Below are positions 46,942-56,096 of a stretch of 64,000 nucleotides of DNA, piece by piece. The notes under the pieces are model-generated. The model ran no database searches. It was not told where the DNA came from and worked only from the letters and a program-made list of their open reading frames with translations. Numbering within the stretch: the stretch's first letter is position 1; each line of letters opens with the position of its first letter. Source of the stretch: a virus; the IMG/VR virus record IMGVR_UViG_3300047546_001263, positions 1 through 64,000 of that record. One strand, written 5' to 3'. The position numbers were made by a program, and so were the translations under genes.

Positions 46942-47742
46942 TTATTCGTTAAAAAGGTCATCAAATTTACTTACCGTGTCTTTCAAACCAGGAGCTGCAG
47001 TTTCTAAAGTAAAGTCAGTTGAATGACTACCTAAAGTCTGAGTCAGGTTGTCTGCTGGAGGAGCTGCTGGAGTTTCCTCATCTGCTGAACCAGGAGTTAA
47101 GTAATTTTGTAATTGCTTTTTAATGAACTCATAATCGTATTGAGTATGAATCTCAACAGGGTGTGGTTGGTTCTTTAACCATAAGTCAACTTGTGCTGCA
47201 TTATCTGATAATGGAGTTTGCTTAGGTCGAATACGAACCGATGTGGTTGGGTATGGGTTACCAGCAGCAACTTCTACTACTAAGTCCCATCCATTCATTA
47301 CGTCTGTGTAATCTCCTACCTCTTCGTCTTGAGCTAATGCTAATAACGCTTTGTAGATCGTCACACCAAATCCCCATAAACGAACACCTTTCTCTTCTTC
47401 ACCTTTTACGATTACTGGAGCGAAAATACGTGTCTTGGGGTTAAGTTTACCGGCTAATGTCCAGTTATCCTTATCTGAAGTCTTCTTTAATTCCTTAATG
47501 AATTCTTCAATAGGATCTTGTTTTCCGAAGTTAGATAAAGCGGCCATAGGGTATTTACCAATTCCATAGTGAAACTTTACTTCCTTAAATGGAAGATTAG
47601 GATCATACATAGAAGGTACAATACGAATAGTGCTTTTTCCAATTTCAGGTTTCCAGAAGGTAGCTGAATAGTCTACTTTCTCTCTTTCTTGTCCGCCGTT
47701 ATTCAACGCAGACAGCTTTGCTTTGATTGCATCTAGATTCAT
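46942..47742 (-). CDS. T4 gp32-like ssDNA-binding protein
   Basis: FWKP..G...IRIVP, LWGFG, acidic FDDLF C-terminus. Confidence 0.85.
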   Translation of the reverse strand: MNLDAIKAKLSALNNGGQEREKVDYSATFWKPEIGKSTIRIVPSMYDPNLPFKEVKFHYGIGKYPMAALSNFGKQDPIEEFIKELKKTSDKDNWTLAGKLNPKTRIFAPVIVKGEEEKGVRLWGFGVTIYKALLALAQDEEVGDYTDVMNGWDLVVEVAAGNPYPTTSVRIRPKQTPLSDNAAQVDLWLKNQPHPVEIHTQYDYEFIKKQLQNYLTPGSADEETPAAPPADNLTQTLGSHSTDFTLETAAPGLKDTVSKFDDLFNE

Positions 47743-47770
47743 AATATAACTTTAATTGTTTATAACTTAT

Positions 47771-47802
47771 TAAATATACGAAATTACTCTCAATTCTCCA
47801 AC
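47771..47802 (-). promoter_or_regulatory. class A promoter of SSB-recA-exo-helicase operon
   Basis: GTTGgagaattgagagtaatTTCGTATATTTA. Confidence 0.7.
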
Positions 47803-48248
47803 TCTACGATCTTAAATAATTTAGTATTTACTCTTTTTAATTCCGGACCTTTCGTTAATAGAATACAATTCTTGTAATCAGTCCAGTTAATCTTAAAAGA
47901 AGTATCTAACACTCCGTTATTAAGTTCTTTGATTAGGGTATTAAGTGCGTTAATCGTATAAAGGGTATTTGCTTCTTTCTTGCGATGTACTAGAATAGTA
48001 TTATCGATGAAGTTAGAAACGTTGCCAAAATCTACATTATAAGTACAGATGTATTCATCTTGGCTTTTTGAATATAAAACAAATATCTTATTGTAGATTA
48101 TTCTATATTTTTGTACTATATTTTCTATTGTTGCATCCAATTCCTCTCCTGTGGAGAAAGTGCAGAACAGTTTATTACTCATATCCTCAGTTAAATATAT
48201 TTGATCGATATCGTAATCGAATCGACTTTGAGACATAACATTTTCCAT
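47790..48248 (-). CDS. hypothetical protein
   Basis: KLFCTF, TILVHRKK..NTLYTINALN. Confidence 0.7.
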   Translation of the reverse strand: MENVMSQSRFDYDIDQIYLTEDMSNKLFCTFSTGEELDATIENIVQKYRIIYNKIFVLYSKSQDEYICTYNVDFGNVSNFIDNTILVHRKKEANTLYTINALNTLIKELNNGVLDTSFKINWTDYKNCILLTKGPELKRVNTKLFKIVELEN

Positions 48249-48274
48249 TGTGTAATTATAAATATTAAAAGGTT

Positions 48275-49597
48275 TTACAAAACCAGGTTTTCTGATGTTT
48301 TTATTTTAACTGGGTATTTCTTATTTTCGCTTAGTATCAATGCTAATTCGTTAAGTATATGCTCTCCATCTTCTTTAGCATAGTCAAAAAGTATTGCATC
48401 GTAAGTATATAAAGCTATTTTAGTCTTTTTATCTCTAAGATACTTTAACACTTCTTTTAATATAAGGACATTTCTTGCAGTTTCCAACGATTGCATAATA
48501 TAATTCATAAGTTTCTGCGGATGCATATCTTTTAGATTCTGATTAAACGGCTTATTGCTGATAGGAGTACGTGCTTCTCCTTTAGAAAACTCACTCCATA
48601 AGTAGTTAATATAATTTTGAATCTTGATAAAAATCTCTAAATTTTTATATCCTTCTGGTATTCTACCGTAGATAGCCTGGAAGTTTATCTGTTTAGCTTC
48701 CTGGTATTCTTCTTGAGTAATATCTTCTTTACCAAAGTAGTACTTTCCTAAGGCTTTGTGAGCTGATTCTCCTTCTATCTTAAAGTCAATCTGCTCTGAT
48801 AATAATCGTAGATGGTACCCGTCAAAATCAAATTCAACAAAGCAATCATATTGAGGAATAATAGCTTTTCTATACTCTTCTTCTTTAGGTATAGCTGCAA
48901 AGTTTACACTATTAAATGCGTTAGTAGGTCTTGAAGTACTATTATATAGGTTGTAGTATGTATAAGCTATATTATCCTGTATATTAAACCGTGGTGTATT
49001 TGGTTTAAATAAGTCTATAAACGGTTGATATATAACTCTTAATCCATGCTGTTCTAGTAAGTAAAATACCTTAACAGCAACATCGTTATAGAACTTAAAA
49101 GTCTCTTCTTTAGGTTCTTCAATATACTTCTCTATTACATCAAATACTTTTTCACTCTGTTCATGTAGTTTAGATAAAGGTATTATCTGATTTACATTAT
49201 CAAAGTCTTTAAACTTATTATAGAACCAATTTATTGTTGATAATTTACTAGGTAGTTCAAGCTTTTCGTAATACCAGAAAGCTCTCCAAAGGTTAATATC
49301 AATTGCGTCTATAAGCGGAAAATGATACAGTAGGTTCTTTTTATCTAAAACATAGACTTTCCTGTAAGTCTTAAGTATCTCAAATACTTCTGCTTTTTCT
49401 ACGTTTAATCCTTCATCATGGTTTATAGGGATAATGTACCCTCCGGTATCATCCAAGGGCCTAATGTAGACTGCTACAGTTGTAGTAAGTTTGGGATGGA
49501 AGTTATCGTTAGATGAAATTACATCTACATAAACATCGGTATCCGGATAGCTTCGCAGTCTATCTAGCTGCTGCTTATTTTCTACTATATAAAACAT
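48275..49597 (-). CDS. second, shortened family A polymerase-like protein
   Basis: TSRPTN; motif A FDFDGYHLRLL; motif B EAKQINFQAIYG; motif C YTYDAILFD; degenerate exo domain. Confidence 0.82.
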   Translation of the reverse strand: MFYIVENKQQLDRLRSYPDTDVYVDVISSNDNFHPKLTTTVAVYIRPLDDTGGYIIPINHDEGLNVEKAEVFEILKTYRKVYVLDKKNLLYHFPLIDAIDINLWRAFWYYEKLELPSKLSTINWFYNKFKDFDNVNQIIPLSKLHEQSEKVFDVIEKYIEEPKEETFKFYNDVAVKVFYLLEQHGLRVIYQPFIDLFKPNTPRFNIQDNIAYTYYNLYNSTSRPTNAFNSVNFAAIPKEEEYRKAIIPQYDCFVEFDFDGYHLRLLSEQIDFKIEGESAHKALGKYYFGKEDITQEEYQEAKQINFQAIYGRIPEGYKNLEIFIKIQNYINYLWSEFSKGEARTPISNKPFNQNLKDMHPQKLMNYIMQSLETARNVLILKEVLKYLRDKKTKIALYTYDAILFDYAKEDGEHILNELALILSENKKYPVKIKTSENLVL

Positions 49598-49615
49598 TTA
49601 TTATAACCTTTTACT

Positions 49616-49646
49616 TAAGATACGAACTATTTTGTTAAGATCAAAC
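49616..49646 (-). promoter_or_regulatory. class A promoter of second polA-like gene
   Basis: GTTTGatcttaacaaaatagTTCGTATCTTA. Confidence 0.7.
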
Positions 49647-50801
49647 TTAACATTGTTTTATATCATAAAGTTTTCCGTCTCTATCAATCTTTGCAGTATA
49701 GTCTCCATATCCTTCTACGCGAATAGTGTAGTAGAGGTTGTAAGATTCTGGTGACTGTATCTTTGGGTTGATATTAGGTATCCTTCTAACCGGGTAGTAT
49801 ACGTTCCCGCTAACGGCATTTTTAGTTCTGTAGTACTTAACATCTTTCTTAGGATTACCTTCATCATCTAATAAAGGTCCTTCTTGATTGTATATCTTCA
49901 TACTTACTGGAACGAAAGAACCACATGATCTTTCGGCACTAGGATTTCCTACTTGAGCCTGATACCATGTTAATGATTTAGCGTATGCTGATGTTGAATC
50001 GGCACTTTGTGCTCCTTCGTTTGCAGCTGCTTCTCCAGCATTGGCTTCTGATTGAGGAAGCTCAGGAAGCGGAGGTAATTCTTCTTGCTCTATTACTTTT
50101 TTATTAGATGCGTTGACTACAGTAAGTCCTCTAGTCTCTAAGGTAGTAACTTCGTTCTTTTCTTTCTTTAATTGCTTGAATTTAGAAGCTTCTTCAACTA
50201 CAAATTGTTTTAGGTCTGATAAAAAGTCTGTCATACCGGGTATAACTTCTTCAGCTTGTAATACAACGTCTCTATTCCTTGCTATTGCTCCAGGATATAT
50301 GTACCCATTTACTGTTTCATCTTCGGAGGGTCCTAGGAGGTTCCACTCTAACTTAGTTCTTCTATAGTAGCCCTTATCCGCTATACTCCTATATGTTTCT
50401 GATGTTATTTCTTTTATTTCTCCGTTTCTAACATCTTGTAAAAAATACCTTCTAAAAGTTCCTTGTATATAATCTTCTTCAGTTGGTTTTGGGTAGTAGA
50501 AAGCTTCTGTTGATTTATTCTTTATACCCGGAGGGACCATGTTGTATGCAGGGTTAGATCCTACATTTTCTAGGAGTAATGTAGCTTTCGCAAAGTTACC
50601 TTTTAGTAGATCTTCTAAAGCTACCTTATATTTACTTCCCCAAGAAGTTGCTACCCCTACTAAGTCATCAACTGGTTTATTTAGTATATCAGTATACTTA
50701 GCATAATCATTAGATGCTTCTCCTGTAGCTTGTCCAAGTGCTTCAATAACATATTGAGAACCGGGTACGTAGCTTAATATATCGCTTTTAATATCTGCCA
50801 T
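49647..50801 (-). CDS. hypothetical, probably baseplate-associated
   Basis: YYPKPTEEDY..G.F.RYF segment; position in tail module. Confidence 0.55.
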   Translation of the reverse strand: MADIKSDILSYVPGSQYVIEALGQATGEASNDYAKYTDILNKPVDDLVGVATSWGSKYKVALEDLLKGNFAKATLLLENVGSNPAYNMVPPGIKNKSTEAFYYPKPTEEDYIQGTFRRYFLQDVRNGEIKEITSETYRSIADKGYYRRTKLEWNLLGPSEDETVNGYIYPGAIARNRDVVLQAEEVIPGMTDFLSDLKQFVVEEASKFKQLKKEKNEVTTLETRGLTVVNASNKKVIEQEELPPLPELPQSEANAGEAAANEGAQSADSTSAYAKSLTWYQAQVGNPSAERSCGSFVPVSMKIYNQEGPLLDDEGNPKKDVKYYRTKNAVSGNVYYPVRRIPNINPKIQSPESYNLYYTIRVEGYGDYTAKIDRDGKLYDIKQC

Positions 50802-50803
50802 CT

Positions 50804-53749
50804 CTACAATACTATTTCTTTGTTGTTAAGTAATACGTAAGAAAATTTATTCGATTTAGTAGCTTTTTGACTCTTATTCGACAATTCCATTAGTCTGTTA
50901 TGTTGCTTTTCATTTGCAAATACTTGACAACCTGCTGACCAGTTATCTACAGTTTTATTAGCTGCTGTAGATGCTCCTGAGTTGTGTAGTTGCATACCGC
51001 CACCGTCTTGGAATAAACCTGCTAGATTTGCACCTAAGCTTCCTTGTGGGGTAACTGCTAAAGTTAACCAGTTATCGCTATAGTTTTTATCTCTATGAGC
51101 AGATTGGGAAGACACTGATCGTAAAGCAAGGTGCGGCTTAGCACTTCCACCATGGTGCATACCAGGAGTATACTGATTAATATATTGCTTTTCTTTCATT
51201 ATACCTACTCCATTTGCATTTTTTGATTGAGCAGCAAATTTACTATTAGTAGATAAAGAGAAACTTGCCCCCGGTACTGTAGTAGCAGGATAACTTTCAG
51301 CAAACTTTTGACCGTTTTCTATCCATGCAACTATTACTATATCGGTAAATCTATTAGTAAGTGGATGCTTAACTCCACCTGCTCCATCACTAACTTGTCC
51401 GGACGTATTTCTTACTCCTACTATGTTTAACTGCAATTCTCCGCTAAACCATTGATATTTCTTTCTTTCAACAGCTGCTTTTACTTTATCATAAGAAACG
51501 TTTGTTCCTAATGCTGTTTGAGTCTGTAACTTATCTGTAGCATTTGGATCTGCTGCTGCTGCATCTGCAGGTACAGGTTTTGTTTGTGGTTGAGTTGTAC
51601 CACCTGAGGCTGATGCTTTATTTAAGACAGAGGTATCCACCCCTGTAATTTTTTTCAAATTATACATTAATGCTCCAACTTCGGTTTTCCAACCTCCATC
51701 ACCTATACTATGGTCAACCCTTGTAATAATAAACCCTATATTTCCTCCAGAATATGCCTTAGGAAGCACTTTCATGGAATTAGCAGAAAGTTTAAATACT
51801 TCTCCTATTCTGAATCCTCCAATTCCATGTAATGTAAAGGATAATTCTACCGGGATTGTACCAGGTGCTGGCATACCTTCTTGGCTGCATATAGCTGGAA
51901 CCATTGCTGCCTGGTATTTCTGATGACCTGATTGAATACCTTTAAATAAATCCGGATCATATTGCTGGTCTGTAAACCATCCGGTTCCGTTAAATTTTTC
52001 AAATGCTTCTTTGCATCTATCGTTCCATTCTGCTTTTTCGTCTGCTTCTTTTGCAGTTACATCTTCCGTAGGTGAGGCTTGTGTTGCGCCTTCATTTTTT
52101 CGTGGAAAAATTCTATCAGAATGTCCTCTATTCCACTGCAACATTTCAGCTACGTTTTGTTTAGTTCCAGTACCGCTAGCTTGAGCTGCTATAGAAACCT
52201 GGCTTGCTAATTTATTAGTAATTTTAGATTCAGTCTTAATATCATAAGCAAATGAACCTAAACCTATTAAATCTATCTCTTTTACAGAATCTAAAGCTTC
52301 TCCTTTAATTTTACATTTTCTATCTACTATAGCCCATTCATCTTTATCTTCATCATAGTTTACATCAAATTCATTAACTCCTCCTAATGCTTCATTGAGT
52401 CCTCCTAGTATTGCCTTTACTACATCTAAGACACCTGGTTCATTTTCTTTTGCCTGGTCATCATCGTATATTGCATCTAGTTTTTCATAGAGGTATAAGT
52501 TAGAGACACAGATATTTAAGACGTCATCTGATGGTGTAAGAGCGGCAGTTATTCCTGGGTGTAGTGCTATACCGGCTGGTTTAGATTCCCATTGACTATT
52601 CTTAGGATTAAGATTAGGAGTAACACATACAAAAGGGTTTATACTATGGTGCTGTGCGTGTGTGAAAAATCCGTTATACTCTTCTTTACTTGTCTTGAAT
52701 TTTACAGCTCTTTGATCATTACCCACCCACATCATTGATGTATTTAAAACAGCTAAAACCGTTCTCAACGAAATATAAATAAAAGTAGTCTTATCATCAA
52801 AAAAGCTTGTAGGTGATTTAATATCAAACCCAGGTGCTGCTGCTGCGTAACATTCTTCAGGTTTTAATAAAGCTGCTAATCCAGGTGCTTTACCTGTTTT
52901 AAGTGCAGATATAACTCCTTCCCCATTCATTTCTCCTGATTTCTGGGATAGTTCTATTCGTTTACAGAAAAAGTGTAGCAAACTTTTTCTTTCAGATTTA
53001 TCATTAAAACCAGCTGCCAAATTTCCAGCATTCTTCTCTACCATAGCTGGGTCAAAAGATGACTTAATAGATTCTATCACCTCACCTTTTGATATCAACA
53101 TTAGGTTTATATCATATGTACCGTCGGCATTAAAAGTCCAATTGAAGTTTTTACATATTGCTACTATAGCATCATAATTATAGTTCGTACTAACTCTAGC
53201 AGATCTAATAGACTCCATAATAGAGTCATACTTAGCACCAGCTAAAAATTTGTTAGCAGCTTCTCTATGTTGCATAGTTTTTTGATTACCTGAATCGTCT
53301 ATGTACATAGAATGTCCCCATTCTAACAAGAAGCTAAAACCTGGGCGACAATAAAGATCGTAGATAATATCAAGGTCGCCTACATTATAAGCTTTAACTG
53401 TAATCTCTACATCTCTTAAAGCACCAAAAGTTCCTTTTGTTTTGACTTTAGCATCTATAATACCTGGACGTGGAGTAAAAAGTCTTTCATCATCCCCGGC
53501 TGCGGTTAATTTGTAACCTACCGGGTCGCCTGTTTTAATATCGTTTTGAAAAGCTAATCCTCCTTCTAACTTAAAATCACTTGTACTATAAGTAGGGTGA
53601 ACTACGCTTGAATATAAATTTAAAAAAGGGTTGTTACCGTGTAAAGCAGAAAGTCCATCCTTATAACTGTCGCCTCTAAGGAACTTAGATCTTGCGTTTA
53701 ACTGGGTTGATACGCCAGGTTGTAAACTACCTCCTAAAAACTTTGCCAT
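50804..53749 (-). CDS. baseplate hub-like protein with C-terminal Cys/His peptidoglycan-active domain
   Basis: PRPGI, LLEWG, NFNW; C-terminal LHN...NWSAGCQV. Confidence 0.65.
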   Translation of the reverse strand: MAKFLGGSLQPGVSTQLNARSKFLRGDSYKDGLSALHGNNPFLNLYSSVVHPTYSTSDFKLEGGLAFQNDIKTGDPVGYKLTAAGDDERLFTPRPGIIDAKVKTKGTFGALRDVEITVKAYNVGDLDIIYDLYCRPGFSFLLEWGHSMYIDDSGNQKTMQHREAANKFLAGAKYDSIMESIRSARVSTNYNYDAIVAICKNFNWTFNADGTYDINLMLISKGEVIESIKSSFDPAMVEKNAGNLAAGFNDKSERKSLLHFFCKRIELSQKSGEMNGEGVISALKTGKAPGLAALLKPEECYAAAAPGFDIKSPTSFFDDKTTFIYISLRTVLAVLNTSMMWVGNDQRAVKFKTSKEEYNGFFTHAQHHSINPFVCVTPNLNPKNSQWESKPAGIALHPGITAALTPSDDVLNICVSNLYLYEKLDAIYDDDQAKENEPGVLDVVKAILGGLNEALGGVNEFDVNYDEDKDEWAIVDRKCKIKGEALDSVKEIDLIGLGSFAYDIKTESKITNKLASQVSIAAQASGTGTKQNVAEMLQWNRGHSDRIFPRKNEGATQASPTEDVTAKEADEKAEWNDRCKEAFEKFNGTGWFTDQQYDPDLFKGIQSGHQKYQAAMVPAICSQEGMPAPGTIPVELSFTLHGIGGFRIGEVFKLSANSMKVLPKAYSGGNIGFIITRVDHSIGDGGWKTEVGALMYNLKKITGVDTSVLNKASASGGTTQPQTKPVPADAAAADPNATDKLQTQTALGTNVSYDKVKAAVERKKYQWFSGELQLNIVGVRNTSGQVSDGAGGVKHPLTNRFTDIVIVAWIENGQKFAESYPATTVPGASFSLSTNSKFAAQSKNANGVGIMKEKQYINQYTPGMHHGGSAKPHLALRSVSSQSAHRDKNYSDNWLTLAVTPQGSLGANLAGLFQDGGGMQLHNSGASTAANKTVDNWSAGCQVFANEKQHNRLMELSNKSQKATKSNKFSYVLLNNKEIVL

Positions 53750-54051
53750 TATCGTTCTCTATTTACCTTTTCAAAAGACAGTAATACAGCATTTTTATCA
53801 TGAGGTATTCTTAACTGTACTCCTGGTGTTGGTATTAAATTAAATCTACTATGTGTATTAGCACTTGCAATAATCCACCATAATGAAGCATCTTTATAAT
53901 ACTGTAAGGCAAGAGTATCGTAGCGATCTCCTCCTGTTGTTATAACATAAAAATCATCCTCATGTTCTGGTATATCTGGGTAGATAGGATTGCGTTTATA
54001 TCGCATTCCTTCTGCTGTTTTATATTCCTTAATATGAGTATATCTATCCAT
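53749..54051 (-). CDS. LysM-like baseplate wedge protein (gp53/P2 X-like)
   Basis: GDRYDTLALQYYKDASLWWIIASAN. Confidence 0.85.
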   Translation of the reverse strand: MDRYTHIKEYKTAEGMRYKRNPIYPDIPEHEDDFYVITTGGDRYDTLALQYYKDASLWWIIASANTHSRFNLIPTPGVQLRIPHDKNAVLLSFEKVNRER

Positions 54052-54056
54052 TATCT

Positions 54057-54086
54057 TAATTTACGAAATTTATCGCTTAAATCCAA
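54057..54086 (-). promoter_or_regulatory. class A promoter
   Basis: TTGgatttaagcgataaatTTCGTAAATTA. Confidence 0.6.
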
Positions 54087-55848
54087 AATATTCCTTACCT
54101 GTTTGTGCTACTTTAGGAGTAAATGTATGAATTACTGTCATATCAAGAGCTACAGATAACATATGTGGTACTTCTTCGAATCCTTTTAGTTCAAAATCTA
54201 TTTCCCAAGGTGTGCTAACATCCCAGGTTAACCCGACACTATTTAAAAGTACCGGTTGGTTATAAAAATACGTACCAATGTCTAGTATAACATAAGTACC
54301 TCTCATGAAAATATTACCTGAACCGTAAGTTGGTGCTGTAGCAGAAGCTAATTTGTTTAGTCTCTCATAATACATCATCAACTCTTTTTGATTCTTACCA
54401 GCCATTTTAAAACCTAAAGAAGCTTTTCTCTCAAATCCTCCGTAGTTGTAGAACTGTTCACCACGGCCTACATATCTTTGTCCGTTCCATGTAGCATTAA
54501 AGTTATCACTTAAGCTATCTAAGTAAGCCCAAAAATGTAATGTTTCTTTTGCTTCTGGGGTTACTATGGTAAAAGTAAAAGGAATCATTTCATCGTTCCT
54601 TTGTACATCAGTACCGTTAGGTTCTTCTAACTTACTACCTTTACCTTGAACTGCTATACTCTTTGTTGTATAATCACCAGCTCCTCCTGATCCTTTTTGT
54701 CTAGAATCTCTCTTAGGTGATTCACCTCCTACGTAAGACTTACCTCCTCCAAATCCTAATTCAGAAGGTTTTTTACCCGGTGCTGTATCTCCTTGTAAAG
54801 GTTCTCCTCCAGGTTGTAGGTAGGGCTGTAGTTTATTTTCTTTTACAGTAGCACCTACTTTAGGTGTCTTAGTACTTGTGACTGCTCCTGTACCTGTTCC
54901 TCCATCTGCCTCTTGTGGATTTAGTTTATTTGTAGATTTCTGGAAAGGGTCTTTATTATCTCTATTTCTAGCAGCTGTGACATCATACCCTTCTTCTTTA
55001 TCTACTTTTAAATCTGCTAAAGGTGATTGGAATTTATCTACTACTTCAGTAGGATCATCATCAATTCTAACAGGTACATTTGCATCTATACTAGTACCTT
55101 CTGTTCCTTTAATTAATACCCTACCATCCTGTCTCAGATAGGTATCATCAATGTTTGTTTTTAATTCTTGATCAACTCTATCTAAACCTTCATTAGCGGT
55201 TCTGTAACCATCTAAACCAGTATTATCAGGTATTACTTTTCCATTCTCTTTTGCAAGTACTTTTCCTTCTTGTTTGATATAAGATTGTGCTATATCAATA
55301 GGACGGGCATCTTTAAACTCAATCTCATCTGTAAATTGAGTATCTATCATAGGTCTATAACCCTCTTCACCTCTGTGATCGAGAATTACATTCTTACCGT
55401 TTAAGACAGATTTAGCTCCATTTACTCCTCCGGTGCCTGCGGTAGTTTTTAAGAACCTATCTAACCAGGTACTTCTTTGACCACCTTGCTTTAAATACTC
55501 GTTTCCTCCAAAGCCAATAACAAAGTGAGTACCTGTTCCATTTACAGGTACTTGCGCTAAAGTACTTCCGATGACTTTTGCAGTATTGCCGAGGCTGTTT
55601 AGTAATTTTCTCCCAAAGCCTTTCTTTTCATTAAAAGCAAAGTTTAACTCTGCTTGATGTAAAGTCCACTTTAATCCAGGAGTGTCAACAAGTAGTTTAC
55701 TTATTCTTCTAAGATCATCTACTCGTGCAGTTACTTCGTTACCTAAGACATTATACCGAGGAGGATTATTTATATCTTTTTCAATATAAGGTCCTGCATC
55801 GCCGTACTTTAAACTCTTAAGATTTGTCTGAAGAGGTAGTAAAGGCAT
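54070..55848 (-). CDS. tail tube initiator/baseplate protein
   Basis: C-terminal F.AYLDSLSDNF.A.W...YVGRGE.FY.Y.GF.R domain; downstream of tape measure. Confidence 0.65.
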   Translation of the reverse strand: MPLLPLQTNLKSLKYGDAGPYIEKDINNPPRYNVLGNEVTARVDDLRRISKLLVDTPGLKWTLHQAELNFAFNEKKGFGRKLLNSLGNTAKVIGSTLAQVPVNGTGTHFVIGFGGNEYLKQGGQRSTWLDRFLKTTAGTGGVNGAKSVLNGKNVILDHRGEEGYRPMIDTQFTDEIEFKDARPIDIAQSYIKQEGKVLAKENGKVIPDNTGLDGYRTANEGLDRVDQELKTNIDDTYLRQDGRVLIKGTEGTSIDANVPVRIDDDPTEVVDKFQSPLADLKVDKEEGYDVTAARNRDNKDPFQKSTNKLNPQEADGGTGTGAVTSTKTPKVGATVKENKLQPYLQPGGEPLQGDTAPGKKPSELGFGGGKSYVGGESPKRDSRQKGSGGAGDYTTKSIAVQGKGSKLEEPNGTDVQRNDEMIPFTFTIVTPEAKETLHFWAYLDSLSDNFNATWNGQRYVGRGEQFYNYGGFERKASLGFKMAGKNQKELMMYYERLNKLASATAPTYGSGNIFMRGTYVILDIGTYFYNQPVLLNSVGLTWDVSTPWEIDFELKGFEEVPHMLSVALDMTVIHTFTPKVAQTGKEYFGFKR

Positions 55849-55850
55849 AC

Positions 55851-56057
55851 TTAAACTGGAGGATTATCTAAATACTTAGCAGGTGTAGCACCGTTTAAGT
55901 CTAGACCTGAAGTTGCTTTTGTAAACTCCGGTATGTTGTTAATAGAAGAAGTCTTGTGTTGAGTAGATTTTCCAGTTGCACCTACCGGTACTTTTGGAGT
56001 CTTACCCTTCAATCCTAATCTAGAATTTGGAGTTTGATTGTCTAAAATTCCTTTCAT
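55851..56057 (-). CDS. small hypothetical virion protein
   Basis: LDLNGATP.KY.DNPP; class B promoter at 56081. Confidence 0.55.
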   Translation of the reverse strand: MKGILDNQTPNSRLGLKGKTPKVPVGATGKSTQHKTSSINNIPEFTKATSGLDLNGATPAKYLDNPPV

Positions 56058-56096
56058 TGTTTTTAATTTATTAGTTCGTTTATAAATAGTTTGTTA

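Noticed and set aside
48275-49597. Second PolA as DpoZ of a Z-genome, or as a pseudogene
   Set aside because: No purZ in the window; ORF is intact with its own promoter and catalytic aspartates
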